DNA from: an uncultured bacterium
GTDB lineage: Bacteria > Krumholzibacteriota > Krumholzibacteriia > Krumholzibacteriales > Krumholzibacteriaceae
DNA length: 64,000 bases
Direction of reading: 5' to 3'
Assembly (NCBI GenBank): GCA_965371515.1
Contig: CBDUYR010000001.1
Coordinates: forward strand, 64,001 to 128,000
This document shows positions 10,968-21,694 of this stretch, one piece after another. The notes beneath the pieces are model-generated. The model was not told where the DNA came from, searched no databases, and saw nothing but the letters and a program-made list of their open reading frames with translations. How positions within the stretch are numbered: the stretch's first letter is position 1; every line of letters starts with the position of its first letter. The translations under genes were made by a program, and so were the position numbers.

Positions 10968-11945
10968 ATGCCCGAAGAGCTCCTTAAGATAGACGACCTG
11001 AGAACGGTGTTCCATACAGAGGCCGGGACGGTCAGGGCGGTCGACGGCGTGAGCTTCACCGTCGGGCGCGGAGAGACTGTCGGGCTGGTCGGCGAGTCGG
11101 GGTGCGGAAAGAGCGTTACGGCCCTCTCGATAATGAGACTGGTGACCGATCCACCCGGACGGATCGAGGGAGGGAGCATCCTCTTCGAGGGGAGGGACCT
11201 CCTCGGGCTGAGCGAGAAGGAGATGAGGAATGTCAGGGGCAACGAGATATCGATCGTCTTCCAGGAGCCGCTGAGCAGCCTCAATCCCGTCTTCACCTGT
11301 GGAGAACAGATCAGAGAGGCAATAGCCCTCCACCAGAAGCTCAACCGCCGGAAGTCGAAGGAGAAGGCGATCGAGATGCTCCGGATCGTCAGGATTCCCG
11401 ATCCGGAGAAACGTTACGGCAGTTATCCTCACCAGATGAGTGGGGGGATGAGGCAGCGGGTGATGATCGCGATGGCATTGAGCTGCAAGCCCAAGCTCCT
11501 GCTCGCCGACGAGCCGTCGACGGCGCTCGACGTATCGGTCCAGGCTCAGATAATAGAGCTCCTGGCCGAGCTGAGCGATGGCATGGACATGGCGATCCTT
11601 CTCATCACGCACGACCTGGCCGTCGTCGCGCAGATGGCCGACCGAGTCGTCGTGATGTACGCGGGGACAGTGGTAGAGGAATCGCCGGTGAAGGAACTCT
11701 TCGGATCGCCGGCGCACCCGTACACGAAGGGGCTCATCGATTCGATCCCGAGGCTCGGCCAGAGACTCGAGAGACTGCCGATGATCCCGGGTAACGTGCC
11801 CGATCCGCTCGATCTCCCCGAAGGGTGCAGGTTCAGTGACCGGTGTCCGGCGAGATTCGAAAAATGCGCCACCGAACCTCCGCTCTTCGATCAGCCCGGC
11901 GGCCGCCTGGCGAGGTGCTGGCTCTGCGAGGGGGGAAGCGGATGA
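10968..11945 (+). CDS. Peptide ABC transporter ATP-binding protein (DppD/OppD family)
   Basis: [25 protein letters not shown]-terminal GCRFSDRC oligopeptide-ABC domain. Confidence 0.95.
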   Translation: MPEELLKIDDLRTVFHTEAGTVRAVDGVSFTVGRGETVGLVGESGCGKSVTALSIMRLVTDPPGRIEGGSILFEGRDLLGLSEKEMRNVRGNEISIVFQEPLSSLNPVFTCGEQIREAIALHQKLNRRKSKEKAIEMLRIVRIPDPEKRYGSYPHQMSGGMRQRVMIAMALSCKPKLLLADEPSTALDVSVQAQIIELLAELSDGMDMAILLITHDLAVVAQMADRVVVMYAGTVVEESPVKELFGSPAHPYTKGLIDSIPRLGQRLERLPMIPGNVPDPLDLPEGCRFSDRCPARFEKCATEPPLFDQPGGRLARCWLCEGGSG

Positions 11946-12904
11946 GTATCCTCGTTGCGAAGGGGTTGAAGAAATACTACAGGAGCCAGGGAGGGTTTTT
12001 CCTGCGAGGCAGGCAGCTGGTCAGGGCGGTCGACGGCGTCGACATCGAGCTCGAAAAGGGAATGACCCTCGGGCTGGTCGGAGAATCGGGCTGCGGCAAG
12101 AGTACGCTGGCACGATTGCTCCTCAGGCTCGAGGAGCCGACTGCAGGGACGCTCGAGATAGACGGGGCCGATTTTTTCGCCCTCAGGGGTGGGGAGCTGC
12201 GCAGGGCGCGCAGGAAGATCCAGATGATCTTCCAGGACCCGTACTCCTCCCTCAACCCGAGGCTGACTGCCGGCAGCACGATCGCCGAGGGTATAAAGAT
12301 CCACAAACTGGCAAGGGGCGCCGATGTGGAAAGGCGGGTCGTCGAGCTTCTCGGCAAGGTCGGGCTTCCGCGGGCGGCGTATTCGAGGTACCCGCACGAG
12401 TTCTCGGGAGGGCAGAGGCAGAGGATAGGGATAGCGCGGGCCCTGGCAGTGGAACCGGAGATCATCGTGGCCGACGAGCCTGTCTCCGCGCTTGACGTCT
12501 CGGTCCAGGCGCAGATTATCAACCTCCTCGCCGATCTCCAGAACGATCTCGGACTCACCTATCTCTTCGTCGCGCACGATCTCGGCGTCGTCGAGCATGT
12601 GAGCAACCGTATCTCGGTGATGTATCTAGGCCGGATCGTCGAGTCCGGCCCGGCGGAGGAGCTCTTTTCCTCACCTCTTCATCCGTACACAGAGGGTCTG
12701 CTCGCGTCGATCCCCTCGGCGAAACCGGGTAGCAGGGTGAGGGTGGCGATAAGCGGCGACGTGCCGAGTCCCGTTGATATCCCCGCGGGGTGCGCGTTCC
12801 ATACGAGGTGCCCGAAGGCGTTCGACCGCTGCAGCGCGGAGACCCCGCAGCTCAGGGAAGTCTCGCCAGGGCGCCGCGCCGCGTGCTGGCTGCATGTGGA
12901 TTAG
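11942..12904 (+). CDS. Peptide ABC transporter ATP-binding protein (DppF/OppF family)
   Basis: [43 protein letters not shown] at 11942 overlaps the previous stop. Confidence 0.95.
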   Translation: MSILVAKGLKKYYRSQGGFFLRGRQLVRAVDGVDIELEKGMTLGLVGESGCGKSTLARLLLRLEEPTAGTLEIDGADFFALRGGELRRARRKIQMIFQDPYSSLNPRLTAGSTIAEGIKIHKLARGADVERRVVELLGKVGLPRAAYSRYPHEFSGGQRQRIGIARALAVEPEIIVADEPVSALDVSVQAQIINLLADLQNDLGLTYLFVAHDLGVVEHVSNRISVMYLGRIVESGPAEELFSSPLHPYTEGLLASIPSAKPGSRVRVAISGDVPSPVDIPAGCAFHTRCPKAFDRCSAETPQLREVSPGRRAACWLHVD

Positions 12905-12915
12905 AACGGCGCTGT

Positions 12916-13191
12916 TCAGCGCCTCGAGGTCTGCTCATCGAGAATACGGTTCGACACGGATCCGCCGGTCTTCAGCACCTTCGATCCCCTGGTGATCTTG
13001 CAGAGGCTCACCCCGAGTTTCGTGGCGATCGCGCGCTGTGAAACGCCGCGCTTGAGCATCTCCATGACTTTCCATCGTTTGGAGATGTCCTCGATCTCGG
13101 AGGGGGTGAAGATCTCCTTCATGAACTTCTTCATCGTCCGCGGATCGTCTATTGAGCAGAAGACCCTTACAAGCCTGTCTGTTGCTTTCAT
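12916..13191 (-). CDS. TrpR-like (YerC/YecD family) helix-turn-helix regulator
   Basis: FMKEIFTPSEIEDISKRWKVMEMLKRGVSQRAIATKLGVSLCKITRGSKVLK matches the TrpR/YerC pattern. GGAGAG RBS precedes the ATG at 13191. Confidence 0.85.
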   Translation of the reverse strand: MKATDRLVRVFCSIDDPRTMKKFMKEIFTPSEIEDISKRWKVMEMLKRGVSQRAIATKLGVSLCKITRGSKVLKTGGSVSNRILDEQTSRR

Positions 13192-13359
13192 CTCTCCAGC
13201 CTTTGTGGAAGAGAAATCGGAGCCACCGTTCCGCAACAGGCGCTCGTATATGACGGGACCTGGGAGAGCCGGATTATCCGAGGGGTGCGACCGGCCCTTT
13301 GAGCCATTGCGGATGTGTGACTCCGATATCCCGATATTAGATATCAGGTGGCACCGCGT

Positions 13360-13400
13360 ATGTTACTGTTAATAGAAACTGTTTCTATTAACAGTAACAT
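13360..13400. promoter_or_regulatory. Perfect 41-bp AT-rich palindrome, candidate operator in the divergent trpR-like/tag intergenic region
   Basis: ATGTTACTGTTAATAGAAAC-T-GTTTCTATTAACAGTAACAT: 20-bp exact inverted repeat with a 1-nt spacer. The sequence is certain; the operator role is inferred. Confidence 0.65.
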
Positions 13401-13510
13401 TATATCCTCCAAACGCGATCCTGTAAAGGGCCATTTTCGATTCAGTGAGATTTATTTGTGGAGAGCCTCGAGCATGGTGTATATTGTAGCCGCGGTAAAG
13501 GAGAGAGGCG

Positions 13511-14077
13511 ATGAAACGAAGATGCGACTGGCCCGCCGATAACCCCCTCATGGTCGAATATCACGACACCGAATGGGGTGTGCCGGTACACGATGACCGG
13601 AAGCTCTTCGAGTTCCTCGTGCTCGACGCCGCGCAGGCGGGGCTGAGCTGGCTGACCGTGCTGAAGAAACGGGAAAACTACAGGAAGGCCTTCAGGCAGT
13701 TCGATCCGGAGAAGGTCGCGCGATTCAAGGCCGGCAAGATCGAGGATCTTCTCGCCGACCCGGGGATAATCAGGAACAGGCTCAAGGTCGAATCGGCGGT
13801 GGCGAATGCGAAGGCGATGCTCGAGGTGCGGGAGGAGTTCGGATCGTTCGATTCGTATATATGGGGATTTACCGGCGGGAAGACGATAAAGAACAAGTGG
13901 AAGAAGCTCGACCAGCTTCCCGCTGAGTCGGATGAATCCCGCGCGATGAGCAAGGATATGAAAAAGCGGGGGTTCAAGTTCTGCGGCCCCGTGATATGCT
14001 ACGCCTTCATGCAGGCGGCCGGGATGGTCAACGACCACCTCGTCCACTGCTTCAGGTACAGGGAGGTAGGAAGATGA
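13511..14077 (+). CDS. tag: DNA-3-methyladenine glycosylase I
   Basis: RCDW, YHDTEWGVP, LFEFL, QAGLSW, GIIRNRLK, GFKFCGP, MQAAGMVNDHLVHC. Confidence 0.96.
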   Translation: MKRRCDWPADNPLMVEYHDTEWGVPVHDDRKLFEFLVLDAAQAGLSWLTVLKKRENYRKAFRQFDPEKVARFKAGKIEDLLADPGIIRNRLKVESAVANAKAMLEVREEFGSFDSYIWGFTGGKTIKNKWKKLDQLPAESDESRAMSKDMKKRGFKFCGPVICYAFMQAAGMVNDHLVHCFRYREVGR

Positions 14078-14919
14078 AAATACGGATGTTTTTTCTGATC
14101 GTGCTGGCCTCGGTCGTACTGATAGGTTGTGATGACACGACTTATCCAGAAAAGGATGAGGATTTCATACTGGCCGTGATGGTTCTCGACACCGGCCGTG
14201 ATCCGCTCAAAGGGATGTCGGTATCGAGACAGAGTCATCTGGAAGGGACGATACCCGACCTGTCGTCGGCAGCCGCGGTCTCTCTGGTCCCTGTCCCGGC
14301 TGCTCCTCTGGCACCGGATTCGCTCCACAAGGCGTATCCCAATCCGTTCAATGGGGTGATAGTTATCCGTTACGCGACTTCCGACGTCAGGGAGGCCAGG
14401 CTGGATGTGGAAGACTGGCGGGGCCGCCATGTGAGGACGGTCATCGACGGCGTCGTTCCGGAAGGGGCGCATGAGGTCCAGTGGGACCAGAGGGACGAGA
14501 CCGGAGAAAAGGTGCTTACAGGAGTCTACGCGTTGAAACTGACCTTGACTGACACGCTCGATACCCATCTGTTCACATATTCGGGCGAGTTGAAATGCAC
14601 GAACTACGATGACTTCTCTCTGAACAGCACGAGCATGGGAGAGACTGACCAGACCGGATTCTTCTCAACGCGGGACCTCGATTTTTTTCCATCGTTGCAG
14701 GGGCACGAACAGCAGACGGGATACGATTATATGGGTGACTGGATCGGCGTATTCTCGTTCAGCGACACGGTGACGATCAGGGTATCCACGCCTCCTCCCG
14801 CCGAAGGAGGGTATATCTATCACATGAGCCGTGACATCGTGCTGGTCGACGGGCCGAACTATCTCGAGTTCTACTTTGTGCCGGACGATTCCACGGGGGT
14901 ATTCGAACCATTGCACTGA
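14074..14919 (+). CDS. Lipoprotein with internal FlgD-Ig / T9SS-CTD-like domain
   Basis: MKIRMFFLIVLASVVLIG-C lipobox. Internal LHKAYPNPFN...RGRHVRTV...VQWDQRDETGEKVLTGVYALKL. ATG overlaps the tag stop (ATGA). Confidence 0.7.
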   Translation: MKIRMFFLIVLASVVLIGCDDTTYPEKDEDFILAVMVLDTGRDPLKGMSVSRQSHLEGTIPDLSSAAAVSLVPVPAAPLAPDSLHKAYPNPFNGVIVIRYATSDVREARLDVEDWRGRHVRTVIDGVVPEGAHEVQWDQRDETGEKVLTGVYALKLTLTDTLDTHLFTYSGELKCTNYDDFSLNSTSMGETDQTGFFSTRDLDFFPSLQGHEQQTGYDYMGDWIGVFSFSDTVTIRVSTPPPAEGGYIYHMSRDIVLVDGPNYLEFYFVPDDSTGVFEPLH

Positions 14920-15120
14920 ACCCCTGGATCTGCCCTGCAGGACTTTTTCGGGCCGTTCCGGTTTTTTACAGGGACGGCCGTATTTTACTTGGGATGGCCT
15001 CCCGAATGTATTAATATAGCAACCCCTGATTTGAGGTGCATGGATGCGCCGCTCAGGGACGCCTCTCCGGGGCCCGACGGCGGACCCGGAAGAACCATCG
15101 AAAGCAAACGGGAGCATATC

Positions 15121-15438
15121 ATGGTCGAAAAGCATCTCGATGCCATCCGCGCGAAGGAAGTAGAGGCGCGCGAGCGTCTCGAGGCCACCGCGAAGGAAGC
15201 AGAGATCATTCTGGAAAAGGCACGCGCCGAGGGCGAGAAGCTGATCGAGGATACGAAGATAAGCGGGAACGAGCTGAGGCGCTCGAAAATGGCCGGGGCG
15301 AAGCAGGAGGCCGAGAAAGAGATCGAGGGGCTCCGGGGCGAGAGCGCGGAGGTGTCGACTGCGCTCGGCGAGGTGGCCGTACGCAACAGGGACAAGGCGC
15401 TGGAGCTCATCATCCGAACCTTCAGACAGGGCATCTGA
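15121..15438 (+). CDS. A/V-type ATPase peripheral stalk subunit H/G
   Basis: Charged coiled-coil (IRAKEVEARERLE...AKQEAEKEI), first gene of the A/V-ATPase operon, GGAG RBS before ATG 15121. Confidence 0.75.
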   Translation: MVEKHLDAIRAKEVEARERLEATAKEAEIILEKARAEGEKLIEDTKISGNELRRSKMAGAKQEAEKEIEGLRGESAEVSTALGEVAVRNRDKALELIIRTFRQGI

Positions 15439-15459
15439 CCGGGACCGGGAGGGACTCAT

Positions 15460-17421
15460 TTGGCTGTCAGCCGCATGCTGAAGATGCAGCTGCTGGGACA
15501 TTCTTCCATCAAGGGTGATCTCAAGAAGTACCTGCGCGCCAGGGGCGTAGTTGAAGTCATCGCTGCGGAGTCGGGCGGCGCCGGGGTTGCCGCGCCCGAT
15601 CCCTCCAGAAATCTCGAGGCAGGCCTGGAGAGCGCCGAGAGCGCGCTCGAATTCCTTTCCGCCTACGAGACACCGAGATCATTCTTCGAGAAACTTTCCG
15701 CCGGCCCGCTCGAGACTAGCGACGAGGAGTCGGCCGAGCTCGCCCGGCGGGTCTCCGTCACGGAGTTTTCCGACCGCTGCACAGGCCTGCAGGCAGAATC
15801 ACGCTCGGCGATGGACGATCTGGCCCGGAGCAGGGGCGTAGTCTCGTCCCTCGAGCCCTGGACGGGACTCGATGTCCAGATGGAGGCTCTGCGCGCGGGG
15901 GATTACACCGTCGAGTTCTGGTCCTTCTCCGAAAAGACAGCCGCCGACATCCTCGAAGAGGCGGCAGAGTCTTTTCCGCTTGCCGTCTTCGAGACTGTAG
16001 CTTCCACGGGGGGCAGGAGGTACGTTGCCGCGATCGTATCTGACGGCGACGCCGAGGAACTCGGCGACATGCTCAAGGAGAGAGGCTGCTCGATGAGTTC
16101 TTTCGAAGGACTCGAGGGAACGCCTTCAGAGATCATAGAGAAGGAAAAGGCGAGCTGGGCGAAATACGAAAAAGCTGTCGGCGAATCGGATGAAGAGGCG
16201 AGACGCCATGCAGGATCGAGCGACGATCTTAGGATGCTGTCCGATTATTACAGGGAAGCGATCGGCCTCGAGGAGGTCGATGACCGCATGTCAACGACCG
16301 ACGCGACCTTCCTGATGGAGGGATGGGTGAGGGCCCTCGACAGGTCCTGGCTCGTCAGGGAACTGGGCGAGAGATTCGAGGAGGTCGAGGTCTCGTTCAG
16401 GGAGCCGCTCGAGGACGAGGAGCCGCCGGTCCATCTCGACAACAGGGCCGTTACGAGGCCCTACGAATTTGTCACGACACTCTACGGCAGGCCGGTCTAC
16501 AGAGAGGGCGATCCGACACCGCTGCTCGCTCCCTTCTTTGTCTTTTTCTTCGCGATGTGCCTGACCGACGCGGGATACGGTCTCACTCTGGCGGCGCTCT
16601 CCGCCTTTGTCCTGCTGAAGTTCAAACCGAAAGGTGGCGTGAAGAATCTGTTCGATCTTCTCTTCGCCGGCGGGCTGGTCACTGCGGCCGTCGGCATCAT
16701 CGCCGGGGGTGTATTCGGCCTCGGCGTCGACTCGTTCCCCGGATGGCTGCAACCATTCGTTCTTATCAATCCCCTCGAGGAACCGATAAAGATGCTGAAC
16801 ATCTCGTTCCTCATGGGGATCGTCCACATACTCTTCGGGATCGGCGTGAGGATGCGGGCGAATCTCAGGGCGGGACTGTTCTCCGACGCCTTCTTCGACG
16901 ACCTTGCCTGGATGATATTCATCGCAGCGCTCGCGCCGCTCGGATATGCCGGAATACTCGGCGGGCAGGCGCCACCTTCTGTTGTACGCGGCGCGACGTA
17001 CGTATCACTCGCCGTGGCGGCGGTGATTCTGGTCACGGGCGGCAGAAAACAGAAAAAACCCGTCATGAAGTTCCTCGGTGGACTGCTGAAGTTCTACGAT
17101 GTCGTCGGCTACTTCGGAGACGTCCTCTCGTACGCCCGCCTGCTGGCCCTCGGGCTGGCGACGAGCGCTATCGCCCTCGCCGTCAACGATATTGCGGCGA
17201 TGGTCAAGGGAATGCCGTACTACATCGGCTACGTGGTGATGGTCGTCATCCTCATCGGCGGCCATACATTCAATCTTGCCGTAAACACACTCGGCGCCTT
17301 TGTCCATGCGGCGCGGCTTCAGTACCTCGAGTTCTTCGGGAAGTTCTTCCGGGGCGGGGGAGCGGAATTCAGGCCTTTAAGGAGCGAGAGAAAGTATTCG
17401 GTACTCAAGGATCACGACTGA
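15460..17421 (+). CDS. atpI: A/V-type ATPase subunit I (a)
   Basis: MAVSRMLK, EGWV, DPTP...FFAMCLTDAGYG, DVLSYARLLALGLAT (essential Arg), ARLQYLEFFGKF. TTG start. Confidence 0.95.
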   Translation: MAVSRMLKMQLLGHSSIKGDLKKYLRARGVVEVIAAESGGAGVAAPDPSRNLEAGLESAESALEFLSAYETPRSFFEKLSAGPLETSDEESAELARRVSVTEFSDRCTGLQAESRSAMDDLARSRGVVSSLEPWTGLDVQMEALRAGDYTVEFWSFSEKTAADILEEAAESFPLAVFETVASTGGRRYVAAIVSDGDAEELGDMLKERGCSMSSFEGLEGTPSEIIEKEKASWAKYEKAVGESDEEARRHAGSSDDLRMLSDYYREAIGLEEVDDRMSTTDATFLMEGWVRALDRSWLVRELGERFEEVEVSFREPLEDEEPPVHLDNRAVTRPYEFVTTLYGRPVYREGDPTPLLAPFFVFFFAMCLTDAGYGLTLAALSAFVLLKFKPKGGVKNLFDLLFAGGLVTAAVGIIAGGVFGLGVDSFPGWLQPFVLINPLEEPIKMLNISFLMGIVHILFGIGVRMRANLRAGLFSDAFFDDLAWMIFIAALAPLGYAGILGGQAPPSVVRGATYVSLAVAAVILVTGGRKQKKPVMKFLGGLLKFYDVVGYFGDVLSYARLLALGLATSAIALAVNDIAAMVKGMPYYIGYVVMVVILIGGHTFNLAVNTLGAFVHAARLQYLEFFGKFFRGGGAEFRPLRSERKYSVLKDHD

Positions 17422-17913
<492 letters not shown>

Positions 17914-17947
17914 GATCATTACCCGCAACACGAATGGAAGATACGTA

Positions 17948-18538
17948 ATGTCGATCGAGAAGATATTGAACAAGATAGACGAGGACTCGCGGGCCGCCGT
18001 CGAGGCGGCGCTCGCGCGCGCCAGGGATGAAACGGCGGTCCTGTCCGCCCGTTATGTCCGGCGTGCTGAGGAACTCGAGGCTGACCTGCGCGCGAGAGCC
18101 GGGAAGAAAGCGGTCGAGGAGAAGCGGCGGCTGCTCGTAAGCGAACAGCTCGAGCTGCGGAAGGCCGTGCTGGTAAAGAAACGCGAGATCCTCTCGGAGC
18201 TGTACGATGAAGCGAGAAAGACTATCGCCGCCTTTTCTGGCGAAGAATACCTCTCGCTCATCCGTACCCTGGTGATCTCGATGGCTGTCTCCGGCGCCGA
18301 GGAGATCGTGCCGGCGGCGGGACAGGCCGCTCTGCTCTCGTCGGATTTTCTGACTAAGCTCAATAAGGAATACCCCGGTGGCGGAAGGTTCACGATCGCC
18401 GCTGAGGAGGGATCCTTCGACTGGGGAGTCGTATTGAGGGAGGACAGGCGGACAGTCGACCTGTCGCTCTCCACGGTGTTCGATCAGGTCATAGACAGGA
18501 TCGAGCCTGAGGTCTCGGCGATCCTGTTCCAGCAGTAA
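17948..18538 (+). CDS. atpE: A/V-type ATPase subunit E
   Basis: MSIEKILNKI, N-terminal coiled-coil, C-terminal GVVL...DLS. Position between K and C. Confidence 0.85.
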   Translation: MSIEKILNKIDEDSRAAVEAALARARDETAVLSARYVRRAEELEADLRARAGKKAVEEKRRLLVSEQLELRKAVLVKKREILSELYDEARKTIAAFSGEEYLSLIRTLVISMAVSGAEEIVPAAGQAALLSSDFLTKLNKEYPGGGRFTIAAEEGSFDWGVVLREDRRTVDLSLSTVFDQVIDRIEPEVSAILFQQ

Positions 18539-18553
18539 CGGAAGAGAGGGCCG

Positions 18554-19516
18554 TTGGCCGTCGATTATACATACGCGGTCGCGAGGCTGAGAGCCATAGA
18601 GGCGGCCATGCCAGACAGGGCGTGGTTCATGCGCATGGTGCGCTCGCCCGCACGCCAGCTGCTTGCCGGAGTGAGGGAGCATTACCCCGGATTCGAGGGA
18701 ATCGAAGCGATTCATGATTTCGAGAGAGGGATCGAGCTGGACACGGGCTCGCTGTACGATCTCTTTTCCTCGGTCCTCGGCGAAGGGCCGGTGACCGAGT
18801 TCCTGCGGGCCGGTTGCGATTTTGACAATTACGTCCTGGCCCTCAAGGGGAAAATGCTTGGCGCGGAACCGGTGCTCCTTCCGTTCGGGCTCACCGGGAC
18901 CGAGCTGGTCGAGGCTGCCGCCGACAGCGGCGATCCGTCGCTTCTTCCGGAGTACCTGAAGGGCCTTCATGATTCCCTGGTGGAACCCATGGAGAAGGAA
19001 CTGCCCATTGCGCTCGACCGCGAGGGCGAGAGCGCGAAATGGCAGTATCTCCTCGGCGCCGCGCCTTCGGAGGAAGCGAGGCACTGGGTAAGATTGAGGA
19101 TCGACATGGCAAATATAAAAAGCTTCGCGAGACTCCGTATGACGGGCCTGCGAAAGGGAGACGCCGCCGGCACCTGGATAGCGGGCGGGACGATCGAGTC
19201 GTCGAGATTCGAGAGCCTCTACACCGAGCCGTTCGAGGATTTTCTCTCATTCCTTGGATCGACGGAGTGGCGGGGGCTTCCGGCCCGGGGATTCGACAGG
19301 GAGATGGAGGCCTGGAAGATCGACACGGCTCTCGACAGCGTTCTGTTCGATCTGATCGGCGGCAGCCGGTCGCGGTTCTTCGACGTCATGCCGCTGCTCT
19401 ACCATGTCGAACTGAGGCAGAGAAACGACCGGATACTGAGGACGATAATCACAGGCAGGATAAACAACCTGCCCGAGGACGATATAGCGGAGAGCGTCGA
19501 GGCACTTCTGTCCTGA
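18554..19516 (+). CDS. atpC: A/V-type ATPase subunit C (d)
   Basis: DYTYAVARLRAIE, RIDMANIK, LRTIITGRINNL. Operon position; TTG start. Confidence 0.85.
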   Translation: MAVDYTYAVARLRAIEAAMPDRAWFMRMVRSPARQLLAGVREHYPGFEGIEAIHDFERGIELDTGSLYDLFSSVLGEGPVTEFLRAGCDFDNYVLALKGKMLGAEPVLLPFGLTGTELVEAAADSGDPSLLPEYLKGLHDSLVEPMEKELPIALDREGESAKWQYLLGAAPSEEARHWVRLRIDMANIKSFARLRMTGLRKGDAAGTWIAGGTIESSRFESLYTEPFEDFLSFLGSTEWRGLPARGFDREMEAWKIDTALDSVLFDLIGGSRSRFFDVMPLLYHVELRQRNDRILRTIITGRINNLPEDDIAESVEALLS

Positions 19517-19538
19517 CGCGTGTCCGAAGGGAGCGGCG

Positions 19539-19886
19539 ATGGCCGATAACATCGCGGTGATCGGCAACGAGGATTCGATAGAGTACTTCCGGGCTCTCGG
19601 ATGCGTGACATACGAGACCCATGGCGGCGAGCTGACAGAGCGGCAGTTCCTCGAGATCGTAGAGAGGAAGTTCAAGATCATCTTCGTCACCGAGGAGGTC
19701 TTCCACAAGTACAAGAAACTGATAAGGGAGAGATCGCAGAGGGTCTTCCCCGTGATAAGCATTATTCCGGCGATCCACGGAGCGGTATGGAAGGACGGGA
19801 TGCCGCATTCCGAGGGAATAGCCTTCGAAGAGATACGTCACGCGGTGATAAAGGCCGTTGGACAGGACCTGTCCGGTCCGGATTAA
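19539..19886 (+). CDS. atpF: A/V-type ATPase subunit F
   Basis: IAVIGNEDSIEYFRALG, IIFVTE, IIP, VIKAVGQD. Confidence 0.9.
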   Translation: MADNIAVIGNEDSIEYFRALGCVTYETHGGELTERQFLEIVERKFKIIFVTEEVFHKYKKLIRERSQRVFPVISIIPAIHGAVWKDGMPHSEGIAFEEIRHAVIKAVGQDLSGPD

Positions 19887-19905
19887 ACAAGGAGAAAGGC
19901 ACGAG

Positions 19906-21693
19906 ATGGCCGATGGAAGAATAGTGAAGATCTCAGGCCCCCTCATCGTCGCCGAGGGGATGGAAGGAGCGAGGATGTTCGAGGTCGCCCGCGTCAGCGA
20001 CCGAGAGCTGATCGGCGAGATCATCGAGCTGCACGGTGACCAGGCGTACATCCAGGTCTACGAGGACACATCGGGGCTCGGGCCGGGGGAGAAGGTCGTG
20101 ACGACCGGCCAGTCGCTGAGCATCGATCTCGGGCCGGGGCTCCTCGAATCGATATACGACGGCATACAGCGCCCGCTAAACGACATCTACGACCAGGTGG
20201 GCCATTTCATCACCCGCGGGATCAACGTGCCGGGCCTCGACCGCAAGCGCAGATTCGACTTCATCCCGAACCCCGACCTGAAGGAAGGCGACGAGATAAA
20301 AGTCGGCGATATCCTCGGCGAGGTGAAGGAGACCGAGCTGATAATGCACAAGGTGATGGTGCCCCCGACAGTGAAGGGCGGCATCCTCAAGAGAAAACCG
20401 GAGAAGGGCACCTGCTTGATCGAGGACGTCATCGCCGAGATCGAGGCGGACGGCGAGGTGCAGGAGGTGAGGATGTTCCACCGCTGGCCGGTAAGGACTC
20501 CCCGCCCGATTACGCGGAAAACCCTTCCCGTCAAGCCGCTCGTCACCGGTCAGAGGGTGATCGACATGTTCTTCCCGATAAGCCAGGGCGGAACGGCTAC
20601 CATTCCCGGCCCCTTCGGTGCGGGAAAGACGGTTGTCCAGCACCAGCTCGCCAAGTGGTCCGACGCGAACGTCATAGTCTACGTCGGATGCGGTGAGCGC
20701 GGAAACGAGATGACCGACGTGCTCCAGGAATTCCCCGAACTGATCGATCCGAAAACGGGACGGCCCCTGATGGAGAGGACAGTGCTTATCGCCAACACGT
20801 CGAACATGCCCGTCGCGGCGCGCGAGGCATCGGTCTATACCGGCATCACGATCGCCGAGTACTACAGGGACATGGGATACGACGTCGCCGTACTGGCCGA
20901 TTCGACCTCGAGATGGGCCGAGGCGATGAGGGAGATGTCCGGACGTCTCGAGGAGATGCCCGGCGAGGAAGGGTATCCCGCGTATCTTCCGTCGAGGCTC
21001 GCCGAATTCTACGAGCGCTCGGGAAAAGTCGTCTGCAGCGGGAGCGAAGAACGCCAGGGAACGCTCAGCATCGTAGGTGCCGTCTCGCCGCCGGGAGGAG
21101 ACCTCTCCGACCCGGTCGTCCAGGCGACGCTCAAGGTTGTCAAGGTCTTCTGGTCGCTCGAGGACCAGCTCGCGTTCGAGAGGCACTTCCCCGCGATCGG
21201 GTGGCTGTCGAGCTACTCGCTTTACCATGACAACCTCCGAGAGTATTTCCGTAGTGAGGTCGAGGAGGAGTGGGAGGACGTGCGGATCACAGCGATGATC
21301 CTGCTCCAGAAAGAGGCCGAGCTCAAGGAACTCGTGCGGCTCGTAGGTGTCGACTCGCTCTCGTCGAACGACAGGATGGTCCTCGAGACATCGAAGCATA
21401 TCAGGGAGGATTTCCTTCACCAGTCGGCATTCGATCCGGAAGACGCGTATACGAGACTCGATAAACAGTTCCTCATGCTCAAGGTGATCGTCGAACTCCA
21501 CAGAGCGTGCGAGCGTGCCATCGAGAAGAAGGCCCCCCTTCGCAAGCTGCTCGAGCTCCCCGTCAGGGAGAAGATCGCGAGGATGAAGCATATCAAGGAA
21601 GACGATCTTGCCGAGTTCGATGTGATTCTCGGCGATATCACGGCTCAGATAGCCGACAGCATGACCGAGAACAGAGTCGGAGAGGCGGAGTGA
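19906..21693 (+). CDS. atpA: A/V-type ATPase catalytic subunit A
   Basis: GPFGAGKT P-loop, [32 protein letters not shown]. No intein seen. Confidence 0.98.
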   Translation: MADGRIVKISGPLIVAEGMEGARMFEVARVSDRELIGEIIELHGDQAYIQVYEDTSGLGPGEKVVTTGQSLSIDLGPGLLESIYDGIQRPLNDIYDQVGHFITRGINVPGLDRKRRFDFIPNPDLKEGDEIKVGDILGEVKETELIMHKVMVPPTVKGGILKRKPEKGTCLIEDVIAEIEADGEVQEVRMFHRWPVRTPRPITRKTLPVKPLVTGQRVIDMFFPISQGGTATIPGPFGAGKTVVQHQLAKWSDANVIVYVGCGERGNEMTDVLQEFPELIDPKTGRPLMERTVLIANTSNMPVAAREASVYTGITIAEYYRDMGYDVAVLADSTSRWAEAMREMSGRLEEMPGEEGYPAYLPSRLAEFYERSGKVVCSGSEERQGTLSIVGAVSPPGGDLSDPVVQATLKVVKVFWSLEDQLAFERHFPAIGWLSSYSLYHDNLREYFRSEVEEEWEDVRITAMILLQKEAELKELVRLVGVDSLSSNDRMVLETSKHIREDFLHQSAFDPEDAYTRLDKQFLMLKVIVELHRACERAIEKKAPLRKLLELPVREKIARMKHIKEDDLAEFDVILGDITAQIADSMTENRVGEAE

Positions 21694-21694
21694 C

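Noticed and set aside
13349..13364. Sigma54-like TGGCAC element
   Set aside because: The -12 TTGC element is missing (the sequence reads ATGT).
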